A stretch of 47,276 nt of DNA from a virus (lineage: Duplodnaviria; Caudoviricetes), in IMG/VR virus record IMGVR_UViG_3300038379_000405, positions 1 to 47,276 of that record; one strand, given 5' to 3'. Below are positions 34,301 to 44,302 of the stretch, piece after piece; within the stretch, counting starts at the first letter, position 1, and each line of letters starts with the position of its first letter. Made by a program: the position numbers and the translations under genes. The notes under the pieces were generated by a model that was not told the DNA's origin, did not search any database, and saw only the letters and a program-made list of their open reading frames with translations.

Positions 34301-35673
34301 TGCCAGCCAGCTACCTGGTGCTCCAGTACGAGGAGTCCCCCCGCTACGAGGACGCACCGGCCACCACCCCCACCCGCGTCTCGACGGTGAAGCACTACCT
34401 GCCGCTCCTGTCGGGGCGGGTCGCCGCGGAACCCCAGTTCCGCAGCCGCGACGACGAGCTCCGCGGCAACCTGTCCCCCACCTCCCCGATCATCGAGTCC
34501 TACGCCCCCGCCGGCGCCGTCACCGTCGGCGGGTACGTCAACTCGGCGATCCCGCTGGTGGGGATGGCGGGGTTCACCCTCGCGTTCACGGAGGGTGACG
34601 GCGCCAACGAAGTGCAGTCCCTCACCGAGTCGGGGACGATCAGCGGCGGGACGTTCGACCTGACGGTCACCGCCAACCTCATCATCACCGCCATCCCCGC
34701 CGCCTCCACCGCCGCCCAGCTGCAGGCGTTGATCGACAACAGGATCCGGCGGGGCGGGTCGGGGTTCAAGCTGGGGGACATCGTCGTCGCCGGCGGCCCC
34801 GTCGGCACCACCCCATTCACGTTGACGTTCGAGGGGACGAAGTCCTGCACCAACGTCGCCGCGGTGACGGTGAACACCACCAACCTCACCGGCAGCACCC
34901 CCGACATCATCGTCGCGACCGACACCGCCGGCACGGTCGGCACCGTCACGTTGCCTGACGGGTCGGGGTTGCCGCCCAACGCGTACCGGTGCGTCGCCAC
35001 CAAGTCCGCGTCGGCGACCCCACAGTCCGCCCAGCTGATCGCCGTCTACGCGGAGAACGCGTTCTACGAGAAGGGGCAGGGGTACGCCGTCAGCCAGTTG
35101 GCGATGGGGGACGACGGCAACTGGGCTGCCACCATGACCGGCCTCGTCAGCCTCCCCGCCGACGACCCCGGGTTGACCCCCAGCTACGACTCCCTGGACG
35201 TCTGGCCCCTCCTGTCCCGGGACCTGATCGTCACGTGGCGTGCCGGGTCGGGGAACATCGCCGGGTTGACGATGCAGATCGACAACCCGTTCGTCGCCCT
35301 CCGCAACTTCGGTGCCAGGTCGGCGTACCCGGGGGTGCTGCGGTTCACGGAGGGGTTCGTCACCGCGACCGGCACCGTCACGATGGACTCGATCGACGAG
35401 GACGACCGCACCGCCCACTACGAGGGCGACGTGTTCGCGATGCTCGCCCACTGGAAGTCCACCCGCAAGATCGGCTCGACGGGGGCCCTCTACCAGATGT
35501 TCGTCGACGCCCCCTCCTGCCAGATCACGGGGGGGACGGGTCCGGAGGAGCTGGCGGCGAAGCGCAACTTCGGTGCCAGCTACACGTGGGGGGCGTTCTA
35601 CGATGAGGGGGAGGCGAAGGACGTGGAGATCACGTTCGCGACGCCGCTGACGACGGCCGCCACCTACGCCTAG
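34300..35673 (+). CDS. Major tail tube protein with inserted domain
   Basis: Position and beta-rich composition; internal NEVQ....GGTF.LT...T.AI...TAA.LQA domain. Confidence 0.7.
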   Translation: MPASYLVLQYEESPRYEDAPATTPTRVSTVKHYLPLLSGRVAAEPQFRSRDDELRGNLSPTSPIIESYAPAGAVTVGGYVNSAIPLVGMAGFTLAFTEGDGANEVQSLTESGTISGGTFDLTVTANLIITAIPAASTAAQLQALIDNRIRRGGSGFKLGDIVVAGGPVGTTPFTLTFEGTKSCTNVAAVTVNTTNLTGSTPDIIVATDTAGTVGTVTLPDGSGLPPNAYRCVATKSASATPQSAQLIAVYAENAFYEKGQGYAVSQLAMGDDGNWAATMTGLVSLPADDPGLTPSYDSLDVWPLLSRDLIVTWRAGSGNIAGLTMQIDNPFVALRNFGARSAYPGVLRFTEGFVTATGTVTMDSIDEDDRTAHYEGDVFAMLAHWKSTRKIGSTGALYQMFVDAPSCQITGGTGPEELAAKRNFGASYTWGAFYDEGEAKDVEITFATPLTTAATYA

Positions 35674-35683
35674 GCGTCCAGCC

Positions 35684-36190
35684 GTGGCCCTCAACATCCG
35701 GGTGCGTGTCGATGACAAAGCCGTCCGCGATGGGTTGCGGGCGTCACGCCGCAACATCCGCGAGGACATCAAACGGACGTTCGACGCCTCCGCCCGCCGC
35801 CACACCCTCCCTGTGGCGCGGGCGTTGGCACCCGGGGTCATCAGCGCGACGATGACCACGAAGGGCACCACATCGGGGGCGTGGCTGGGGACGACCGCCC
35901 GCGGACAGAAACGGGCGATCGTCGCCCTCCTCAACTTCGGTGGGACGGTCAGCACCCCGATCCTCCCGAAACGGGCGAAAGCCCTCCACTTCGGCGGCCG
36001 CTTCGCCGCATCAGTCCGGACACCGAGGCATTACCGCGGCAAGCACTTCATGGAGGCGGCGGTCCGGGCGACCCTCACACCGTTCAGCCGTGACGTCGAG
36101 CGGCAACTCACGGCGATCATCCAGGCCCGCGTCGACTCCGGTGGGTCGCATTCCGGGTTCACATTCGCGAGCACCTTCGGAGGTGGCTGA
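35684..36190 (+). CDS. HK97 gp10-like neck/tail completion protein
   Basis: Basic protein; LNFGG, I.PKRAKAL.F, HFM..A. Confidence 0.65.
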   Translation: MALNIRVRVDDKAVRDGLRASRRNIREDIKRTFDASARRHTLPVARALAPGVISATMTTKGTTSGAWLGTTARGQKRAIVALLNFGGTVSTPILPKRAKALHFGGRFAASVRTPRHYRGKHFMEAAVRATLTPFSRDVERQLTAIIQARVDSGGSHSGFTFASTFGGG

Positions 36191-36657
36191 TGGGTTCATG
36201 GCTCACGCCTGAGCGTGAGGTGACGTTCAAGGGGTCCGGTCGGACGGCGGTGGTCAGGGACGCCCCCAACTTCTACGCCCTGTTCGGCGACCCGGAGCTC
36301 GCCCCCCACCTGGAGGCGTGGCTCGACGGGTCACTGGATGACGCGACCGTCGCCCTGCGGATCGCGGAGGAGATAGTCCGGGCGATGATGGTCCGCCCCC
36401 GCATCGCCGGAATCGGTGAGCGGCTGCCGCAGCAGGACCCCGACGACCCTGACGTGGTGCCGTATGAGGCGCTGCACGGGTCGGAGGTGGATGAACTGGC
36501 CGACATGTGGAAGGAGTCGGTGCAGCGGGCCGCCCGATTTCGCGGCGAGTCCAATGGGGCAGGCAACAGCCAGGATGGCGTCGAGGTGGGGGGTGCCGCC
36601 GAGCCGGCTCGTCGGGCTCGCACCCGGAAGCCTCGAAGCGTGGCTGCTGGATCGTGA
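36190..36657 (+). CDS. Tail assembly chaperone
   Basis: Immediately before tape measure; overlapping +1 frame runs to 36700. Confidence 0.7.
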   Translation: MGSWLTPEREVTFKGSGRTAVVRDAPNFYALFGDPELAPHLEAWLDGSLDDATVALRIAEEIVRAMMVRPRIAGIGERLPQQDPDDPDVVPYEALHGSEVDELADMWKESVQRAARFRGESNGAGNSQDGVEVGGAAEPARRARTRKPRSVAAGS

Positions 36658-36692
36658 CCTCGCCGGCCTCGACGACGACGAGGGGCCGGTAG

Positions 36693-39254
36693 ATGGCTAG
36701 CGGTCGCGTCCGGATAGACATCGACGCCGACGCCGGTGGCCTGCGCCGCGGCGTGTCGGACGCGGAGGGTCAGCTCCACCGCCTGAACGGTGTCGGCAGG
36801 ACGGCGATGGCCGGGTTGACGAAGGTCGCCGCCGCCGCAACCGTCGCACTCGGCGTCGGGTTCGCCGCCGCCCTCCGCACCGGCACCAGTGAACTGCTCG
36901 AGCAGGAGAAGGCATCCGGCCGCACCAAGGCCGTGATCGAATCGACGGGTGCCGCCGCCGGGGTGACGGCCAGACATGTCGAGGACCTCGCCTCGAGCAT
37001 CCAGCGGGCGACCGGCTCCCAGGATGACCTGGTGCAGTCGGGAGCGAACGTCCTGCTGCAGTTCACCAAGATCGGGGCGAAGGGCGGGATCTTCGACCGC
37101 GCCACCATCGCCGCCAACGACTTCGCGGTGGCGACCGGGAAGGACATGCCGGCCGCCGCGAAGGCCCTCGGCAAGGCGTTGGACGACCCGATCAAGGGGC
37201 TCGGCCTCCTGTCGCGTGAGGGCATCAAGTTCACCGACCAGGAGAAGGAACGCCTCAAGACGCTCACCGAGACCAACCGGATCCAGGAGGCGCAGGCGGC
37301 GATCCTCGACAAGGTTGAGGAGCGGTTCAAGGGCACCGCCGCCTCCGAGGGTGAGGCGACGGAGAAGATCCAGCAGGCCCAGCGCCGATGGGAGGACATG
37401 TCGGAGGCGCTGACCCAGAAACTGCTGCCGGTCCTGTCGGATGTGCTGGACAAGGGGATCGCCCTCCTCGACTGGTTCGACGGCCTGTCGGGGGCGCAGA
37501 AGAAGCTGGTGACGTTCAGCGCCGTCGGGGTCGCCGCCCTCGCCCCGTTGGCGAAGCTGATGGGGGCGGTCGGGACGCTCCGAAACGCCGGTGGCGTCCT
37601 CGCAGGTGGTGGCGGCGCCCTGGCGGGGCGTGCCGGTGGCCCAGTCCCGGTGTTCGTCACCAACCCGGGTTTCGCCGGCGGGATCGGCGGTGGCGGGGTT
37701 GGTGGGCGTGCCGGGGCAGCCATCCCCGGTATCGGCACCCTCGCCGGCGGTGGGATCGGCCTTCCACTCGCCGGGGGCGCCGCATTGATCGCCGGCGGCA
37801 TCGGGTTGAACACCCTGCTCGACCGGACCGGCATCGGCGGTGGGATCCTCCCCAGCGCCCAGGAGGCGGCCCGCAACACCGAACGTGCGCAGGCGGCGGT
37901 GATCGCCGCGTGGCGCCGTGGACGCCCCGCCCTCCAGGCGGAGTTGCAGAAGTCGATGGTGATCCCCGCCGGCCCACTCGCCGACCGGTTCGCCGACGCC
38001 GCCGACGATGCGATCGACAAGTTCCGGGGGGCCGTCACCAAGGGTGGCCCGAAGGTGAAGAACAGCGCGAAAACGGTGGTTGATGCTGCTGCGGCGAGCC
38101 TCCGGGGGTTGGAGCCGACCGCCCAACGCCTCGCATCGGATTCGATGATCCGCATGTCGCAGACGCTCGAGAATCAGGGACGCCTGCCGAGGGGGGCGAC
38201 GGTCAAACTGGTGCAGGCGATCGAAGCGGAGTTCGGGAAGCTACCGGGGGCTGCGACGACGGCGGCTCAGGCGGTGGCTGCAGCGATAAGGGCGATCCTC
38301 CCCGCCCTCTCCGAGGTCAGGGCCGGGATTGAGAACGTCTACAGCCTGCTGCGGAACCCGCCGAAGCCCCCGCCGATTTATGTCCCCGGCATCAGCCGCG
38401 GCAGGCAGTCGGCTGATGCGACCGTCGGTGGCGTCCGGTTCTTCCCCGGCGGGAACGCGCTGTCCCCCACCGACCGCGCCGGCCTCGTCATCGAGGGCCG
38501 AGCCCGCAACGACAGCCTCCAGGACAAAAGGATCCGCGCCGAGGTCGCCGCCAGGTCGGCGGCTGCGGGGGTGACGAACCCGGATGAGGTCGCCCTCCGC
38601 GCTGAGGAGGCGGTGCTCCAGCAGCGCCGCCGGGAGGTGATCGCCAACGGGGCGACCCTCCGGCGGGCGCAGGAGCAGGTGAAGGCGATCATCACCCGCC
38701 GCAAGAAGAACCGCGCCGCCGCGTACAAACGGCTGCGGGGTGTGAAGGGCAACAGCGACGAGGCGAAGAAGCGGCGTGAGTCGATCCTCGATTCCATCCG
38801 CGGCCACAACCAGGCGATCCGCGACCGCTACGACGAGTTGAACGCCCTCATCCGCCAGGCCGCCGACCTCGAGGCGGAGGCGAGGGAACTCGACTTCGAC
38901 ATCGGGGAGTTGGCGAAGGAGATCGCCAACACCCCTGACGTCCTCCCCGACGACACCGGCACCACCCCAGACACCGCCCCGGCTGCCCCGACCGGACCGA
39001 CCCCCGACCAGCAGGCCCAACTCGACCAGGCGGCCGCCCGCGCCGCCGCCGCCGAGTCGAACCTCGCCGGCAGCAACGCCTTCTTCAAAGCCCTCCGCGA
39101 GTCCTCCACGATCGACCCGGGGTCGGGTGGGCAGACGGTGGTGGTGAACATCGGTGGCACCGTCGTCGAAGCGGGGCGTGTCGCCTCCTGGATCACCAGC
39201 GCCCTCGCCCAACAGGGTGTCTCAGCCCCCGGCGTGTTCGCGAGCTCCGCGTGA
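36693..39254 (+). CDS. Tape measure protein
   Basis: 853 aa Ala/Gly-rich helical; ALGKALDDP..GL..L.R.GI.FT motif; PVPVFVTN. Confidence 0.9.
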   Translation: MASGRVRIDIDADAGGLRRGVSDAEGQLHRLNGVGRTAMAGLTKVAAAATVALGVGFAAALRTGTSELLEQEKASGRTKAVIESTGAAAGVTARHVEDLASSIQRATGSQDDLVQSGANVLLQFTKIGAKGGIFDRATIAANDFAVATGKDMPAAAKALGKALDDPIKGLGLLSREGIKFTDQEKERLKTLTETNRIQEAQAAILDKVEERFKGTAASEGEATEKIQQAQRRWEDMSEALTQKLLPVLSDVLDKGIALLDWFDGLSGAQKKLVTFSAVGVAALAPLAKLMGAVGTLRNAGGVLAGGGGALAGRAGGPVPVFVTNPGFAGGIGGGGVGGRAGAAIPGIGTLAGGGIGLPLAGGAALIAGGIGLNTLLDRTGIGGGILPSAQEAARNTERAQAAVIAAWRRGRPALQAELQKSMVIPAGPLADRFADAADDAIDKFRGAVTKGGPKVKNSAKTVVDAAAASLRGLEPTAQRLASDSMIRMSQTLENQGRLPRGATVKLVQAIEAEFGKLPGAATTAAQAVAAAIRAILPALSEVRAGIENVYSLLRNPPKPPPIYVPGISRGRQSADATVGGVRFFPGGNALSPTDRAGLVIEGRARNDSLQDKRIRAEVAARSAAAGVTNPDEVALRAEEAVLQQRRREVIANGATLRRAQEQVKAIITRRKKNRAAAYKRLRGVKGNSDEAKKRRESILDSIRGHNQAIRDRYDELNALIRQAADLEAEARELDFDIGELAKEIANTPDVLPDDTGTTPDTAPAAPTGPTPDQQAQLDQAAARAAAAESNLAGSNAFFKALRESSTIDPGSGGQTVVVNIGGTVVEAGRVASWITSALAQQGVSAPGVFASSA

Positions 39255-41818
39255 GCGCCTACCTCTCAGTGGTGTCGAAGGCGCCGGGGGCGACCCCCCT
39301 CGTGCTGGTCGACGGGCCACCGTTCACCAGTTGGATCCTCGTCGGCAAAGACCTCGGGTCGCCGTCCTGGTCACACCAGTTCGCCGCCGCCCGCGGCACC
39401 CAGGGCCGCCGCCCCGTCGCAGGCATCCCCGACGACCGGCAGGTGACGTTCACCCTCCTCTCCGACGACTACGCCACCAAGGACACCCTCGCCACCGACC
39501 TCGCGACGTTGGCCCAGGTGATGGATGAGGTCCGCCGCCTCGGCGGGACCGTCACCTTCCGGGAACACACCCAAACCAACAGACAGTCGTTCGATGTGCT
39601 GGTCGGTGGCGTCTCGATCGGCGACTGGGGGTCCCAAACCTACGATTCACGCAACCAGGCGCGCCCCGCCCTGACGTTCACGTGCGCCCCGTATGTGCTG
39701 TGGGAGCCGTGCGACATCCTCGACACATTCGACGTGGACAACGTCACCACCGGGGATGAGGACTACACCTTCGACGCCGGCGCCGCCGGCGCCGTCACCG
39801 TCACCAACGGGAACCTGTATGGGGCGGGGACATTGTCGACGGAGCGGCGGCTGATCTTCACCAGCCGCGGCTACCAGATGGGTGACCATGAGGTGACCGT
39901 CCAGTTCACCCCCGGCAGCAGCGTCCAGGACTTCAAGGCGGGGGCGGTGCTGAAACGCCTCGACGCCGGTAACTACCTGGAGTGCTACATCGACGACAAC
40001 GGCACCAACAGCCGCATCCGGATCGACAAGGTCGTCGCCGCCAGCCGCACGAATCTGTCCACCTCCAACCTCGCATCCCGGGTGACGACGGGGCAGGGCG
40101 GGTGGATCCGCGGCCGCCTCGAGGGGAACACGGTGTACGCCGAGTTCTTCAACTACGGGTTGCAGCCGGAACCGTCGAACACCCCGACCGCGACCGGCAC
40201 CGTCAACCTCACATCGGCGGAGGCCGCGGCGTTCGGGGTGGGCACCACCGGGTTGGCGGGGTTGTCGTTCACCCCGATGGCGTCGGACGCGTACCTCGCC
40301 GGGTTCGAGGTGCTGCCGTGGACGTACCGGCGGCCCGCGATGTACGAGATCGACTGCGACGGTGACATCCCGGGGGATGCACCGGCGTTGGCGGACGTCC
40401 GGATCGCCCCAGCCGCGAACCTGGTGGGTGCATCCACCGCCTGGCAGCTGTTCGCATGGGAGGCGAAGGCATCAGTCCGCAACCTCATCCTCAACGGTGA
40501 TTTCGAGGCGAACGCCTCCACCGGGTGGACGGCGGCGGCGGTCAGCGGCGTCACCGGGGCGGCGACATCCATCACCGCCAAATCCTCTGCGGTCGCCGGG
40601 TTCGCCTTCAAATACGGGACGTATGCGGGGGAGGTGGTGACCCCGGCGACGGCGAACACCGGCGCCACCTACACGATGTACCAGCGGTTCCGGGCCGGCA
40701 CCCCCTACACCGCCCTGGTGTGGGTGACCTCCGGTGGTGCGACAACCAACGTCCGCATCCGCCTCGGCGTGTCGGGGGACATCTCCTCGAGCACCCCCGT
40801 CGCCCTCGACCCCCTCGACTGGGTGTTGCACACCGTCACCTGGACGCCGACCACCTCCGTGGATGTGGCGTACCTGGCGGTGGAGGTGACGGCGGCGTCG
40901 GCCACCACCTTCTTCATCGACGGCGCAGCCGTCTACGAGGGGTCAACCGCACCCACCGTCAGACGCCACCTGGAGGGTCAGGGCGCCGCCCCGATGTTGG
41001 CGGCCGTCCGGGCGGAGACGATGGAACAGTTCGGGGCGTCGACGCTCACCCGAACCAGCGACGCCAACGCCTACGGTGGGTTCTCAATGGCGGACTCGTC
41101 GGTGGGCGCCGGCGGCGAGGTCTACATCAGCGGGTTCGTCGTCGACCCGCTCCTGTCCGCCCCCGACGACTACTCATCCGGTGGCGTCCGGATCGAGGTG
41201 TGGGCGCGGGTGCTGCTGTCCGCCGCGTTCACCGGTGGCGTCCGGGGCCTCCTGTACGCCGCCCCCGAGTCGGGTGCGAACTACATCTACACCCCCGAGT
41301 TCGGCACCGTCGGACGCCAAATCCCCATCCCCTCGAGCGGCAACTCGAAATGGCGGCTCACCCGGCTGGGGACCCTCGACCTCCGCCAGGACGCCGACAC
41401 CCCCGGCGGCCGGTGGTACATCCTCGTGTCGTTCACCGTCGCCACCGGCACGAACCTCCAGGCGTTCGCCGTCGACGACTTCTATGTGGTGCCGGAACGC
41501 AGCCGGTTCCTCCACCCCACCGGCAAACCCCGGTCCGGGTTGACGAGCTACCCCGATTTCCTGCCGACGTCAGCGTCGATCTACCGGGTCGTCCGGTCCG
41601 ACCTGTCATCGACCCTGGCGAAACGGTGGGCGTACGGGGCGGCCGGTGGCGTCTCGGGGTCCCCGGTGGAGCTCCCCACCGGCCAGCTGCGGATCCTGTC
41701 GCTGTCGTCAAGCCAGGAACCGGATGACACCGTCGCCCACGCCAACAGCGAGTCGGGGGGTTTCCCCTCCGTCCACCTCGCGGTGCGGCCACGGTCCTAC
41801 TGGCTGCGTGACGCGTGA
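39251..41818 (+). CDS. Minor tail protein (distal-tail-like with carbohydrate-binding modules)
   Basis: Follows tape measure; LTFTCAPY, I.GDAPA, NLILNGDFE CBM-like segment. Confidence 0.7.
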   Translation: MSAYLSVVSKAPGATPLVLVDGPPFTSWILVGKDLGSPSWSHQFAAARGTQGRRPVAGIPDDRQVTFTLLSDDYATKDTLATDLATLAQVMDEVRRLGGTVTFREHTQTNRQSFDVLVGGVSIGDWGSQTYDSRNQARPALTFTCAPYVLWEPCDILDTFDVDNVTTGDEDYTFDAGAAGAVTVTNGNLYGAGTLSTERRLIFTSRGYQMGDHEVTVQFTPGSSVQDFKAGAVLKRLDAGNYLECYIDDNGTNSRIRIDKVVAASRTNLSTSNLASRVTTGQGGWIRGRLEGNTVYAEFFNYGLQPEPSNTPTATGTVNLTSAEAAAFGVGTTGLAGLSFTPMASDAYLAGFEVLPWTYRRPAMYEIDCDGDIPGDAPALADVRIAPAANLVGASTAWQLFAWEAKASVRNLILNGDFEANASTGWTAAAVSGVTGAATSITAKSSAVAGFAFKYGTYAGEVVTPATANTGATYTMYQRFRAGTPYTALVWVTSGGATTNVRIRLGVSGDISSSTPVALDPLDWVLHTVTWTPTTSVDVAYLAVEVTAASATTFFIDGAAVYEGSTAPTVRRHLEGQGAAPMLAAVRAETMEQFGASTLTRTSDANAYGGFSMADSSVGAGGEVYISGFVVDPLLSAPDDYSSGGVRIEVWARVLLSAAFTGGVRGLLYAAPESGANYIYTPEFGTVGRQIPIPSSGNSKWRLTRLGTLDLRQDADTPGGRWYILVSFTVATGTNLQAFAVDDFYVVPERSRFLHPTGKPRSGLTSYPDFLPTSASIYRVVRSDLSSTLAKRWAYGAAGGVSGSPVELPTGQLRILSLSSSQEPDDTVAHANSESGGFPSVHLAVRPRSYWLRDA

Positions 41819-41851
41819 CACGTCAACAGACCCCGGGCGAGGTGAACAGTC

Positions 41852-43882
41852 ATGGCTGATCGGATCGTCAACCCCGGTGGGTTCGCCGCCGCCTACAGCG
41901 CCGCCAACCCGTTCGACCGGCTCCTCCTCCAACCCGGACTCCACGACCTGGGGACCGGGCTGTTCACGTTCAGCAAATCGGACATCATCGTCGAGGCGGC
42001 GGCGGGATGGTCGGCGGGCCAGTGGGTGACCGGCAGCAACGGCCATGTCATCACCAACGTCCCCGTCCGCCTCCGCGGCCACATGCAGATGAACGGTTCC
42101 CGCAACACGTTCCGGGGGTTCGGCTGGTACGACTCCGCCGACACCGGACCCGGCACCTGCATCGTCCTCGGCAGCGACAACGCCTTCGAGGACTTGGTGT
42201 GCCGCAACGCGTTCGGCGGCACCGACGCGGGGGTCACCACCAACGACGCCGGCAGCATCTTCTTCACCATCGGCGGCCCCACCCGCCCCTCCAACAACGC
42301 GTTCCGCCGCATCCGGTTCCGTCTGTGCGGCAACCCCGCCGGCGGCGACCACGACCACCCGTTCTACATCAAGAACTGCACCGCCACCCTCATCGAGGAC
42401 TGCATCAGCTACGACCAGAACGACGGGTGGATGTTCCACTTCTACCCCAACGGCGACAACACCACCGTCAACCGTTGCCTCGCCTACAACGTCACCGGGG
42501 GGGTGACGTTCTCCGGGGCGAACGACTCGTCCACCGGGCTGTCGGGGTGTCTCGCGAGCGACGCGAACATCCTCAGCAACTGCATCCTCGTGAAGGCGAA
42601 CCGCCGGTGGGGCGTCGAGTCGTACTGGGGGTGCTCAACCGTCGGGATCAACAACTCCGTCCGCAACTCGTGCGTCTACCAGCCCCCCGGGGCGTCCGGC
42701 GCCGGGCGGATCAGCACCACCAACGGTGGGTTCACCACCAGCGGGATCATCAACAGCGACCCCCTCTTCGCTGACCCCGCGAACGGTGATTTCACCCTCT
42801 CCGCCAACAGCCCGGCGTTGGGGATGGGCCCCACACAGATCCAGCCGGGTGGGGCGCCACCCCAGCCCCCGCCACCGGTCACCGCCCTCGCCGCCTCCGA
42901 GCTCGCCGACCCCCTCCGCGTCCAACTCGACTGGACGAACCCGGTGGACATGACCGGCCGGGTGGTGAACATCTACCGGTCAACCGCCGGGTTCATCACC
43001 AACACGGCGGGGGTGACGCCACTGACCACCACGACCGACGACAGCTACATCGACTCGGCGGTCGCGGCGACCACCACCTACTACTACACCGCCCAGGTCG
43101 CGGAGGGTGGGTTGGTGTCATCCATCGCCACCCAGGCGTGGACGACGGGGAGTCCCACCGGGCCGCCACCCCCGGATGACCCCACCGGCGGGGAGGAGTT
43201 CGTCGGCGTCAACGTCATCGGCACGACGTGGCGGGGGATGAGCGGCGACTACAAACGGGCGTCACGCCACCAGCTGCCGACGGGGAAACGGATGGTCGGG
43301 TTCGGTGCCTACCTCCGCGGCGTCGGATCCAGCGGCACAACCGCCTGCAGACCGTTCGTCTACGACGACTCCACCGGTGCCCTGCTGGGGACGTTCACCG
43401 CCGAGGACATCAGCGACACCCTCGCCGAACAGTGGGTGGAGTTCACCCCCGACGACCCGATCGACGGGCCACCCAACGGCGGCACCATCAGGATCGGGAT
43501 GCACACCGAGGCGGGGAGCACCCTCGAGGTCGCCACCAACGTCGTGACGGGGGCACTCGCCCACGGCGCCGACACCTACAGCGATGGGACCGCCGCGACG
43601 TGGACGACCCCGTCAGCAGACAACTACCTGTTGTCGGCGTATGTGTTGACGGAGGACCAGCCGTCGTCGGCGGACCTCGCCGGCTCGGGGACCGTGAACT
43701 TCTTCGCGTCGGCGAACGCGACGGAGGTCCCACCCGCCGTCAACGCCATCACCGACGTCGAATACCGCGACGTCGGCGACATCCGCACCTACTCGGTCCC
43801 AGCCCCGTTCCAGTCGTCCACCGGCGCCGAGTTGGTGTGGGACCCGGACGACGGCAACTTCTACATCAAGGTCGAGGAGTAA
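41852..43882 (+). CDS. Minor tail/receptor-binding protein with right-handed beta helix and FN3-like domain
   Basis: HDH..Y, Asn/Cys-periodic beta helix, DPLFADPANGDFTL..NSPA, VQLDWTNP...YYY. Confidence 0.7.
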   Translation: MADRIVNPGGFAAAYSAANPFDRLLLQPGLHDLGTGLFTFSKSDIIVEAAAGWSAGQWVTGSNGHVITNVPVRLRGHMQMNGSRNTFRGFGWYDSADTGPGTCIVLGSDNAFEDLVCRNAFGGTDAGVTTNDAGSIFFTIGGPTRPSNNAFRRIRFRLCGNPAGGDHDHPFYIKNCTATLIEDCISYDQNDGWMFHFYPNGDNTTVNRCLAYNVTGGVTFSGANDSSTGLSGCLASDANILSNCILVKANRRWGVESYWGCSTVGINNSVRNSCVYQPPGASGAGRISTTNGGFTTSGIINSDPLFADPANGDFTLSANSPALGMGPTQIQPGGAPPQPPPPVTALAASELADPLRVQLDWTNPVDMTGRVVNIYRSTAGFITNTAGVTPLTTTTDDSYIDSAVAATTTYYYTAQVAEGGLVSSIATQAWTTGSPTGPPPPDDPTGGEEFVGVNVIGTTWRGMSGDYKRASRHQLPTGKRMVGFGAYLRGVGSSGTTACRPFVYDDSTGALLGTFTAEDISDTLAEQWVEFTPDDPIDGPPNGGTIRIGMHTEAGSTLEVATNVVTGALAHGADTYSDGTAATWTTPSADNYLLSAYVLTEDQPSSADLAGSGTVNFFASANATEVPPAVNAITDVEYRDVGDIRTYSVPAPFQSSTGAELVWDPDDGNFYIKVEE

Positions 43883-43885
43883 CCG

Positions 43886-44287
43886 ATGGCATCAGCATCC
43901 GACTACGTTGAGCAGGCAACCCTCGACTTCTGGTTCGACCAGGACACGATCACCGCCCCCGCCACCTACTATGTGGCGGTCTTCACCACCGCGTCATCCG
44001 ACTCGGCTGGGGGCACCGAACCGTCGGGGAACGCCTACGCCCGGGTGGCGAAGACGAACGGCACGACCAACTGGTCCCGCACCGGTTCGGTGTTGTCGAA
44101 CGCCACCGCGATCACGTTCCCCGCCCCCACCCCCAACGCGTGGGGGACGTTGACCCACTGGGGTCTGTACGACGCGGCGACCGGCGGGAACCCCATGTTC
44201 CACGCCCCCCTCACCAACTCCCGGTCCACCACCGCCGGCGTCGCCGTCACCTTCTCGGTCGGCGCCCTCACCATCAGCGTCGACTAG
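43886..44287 (+). CDS. Small virion/tail-fibre-associated protein (allele 2)
   Basis: Near-identical to 49..450. Confidence 0.7.
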   Translation: MASASDYVEQATLDFWFDQDTITAPATYYVAVFTTASSDSAGGTEPSGNAYARVAKTNGTTNWSRTGSVLSNATAITFPAPTPNAWGTLTHWGLYDAATGGNPMFHAPLTNSRSTTAGVAVTFSVGALTISVD

Positions 44288-44302
44288 CCGCCTACCCGCG
44301 CG

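Noticed and set aside
20155-38155. Long minus-strand ORFs (e.g. 20155..21693, 24193..25977, 27159..28556, 34099..35955, 36273..38126)
   Set aside because: Antisense shadows of well-supported + strand structural genes, expected with high GC3 codon bias
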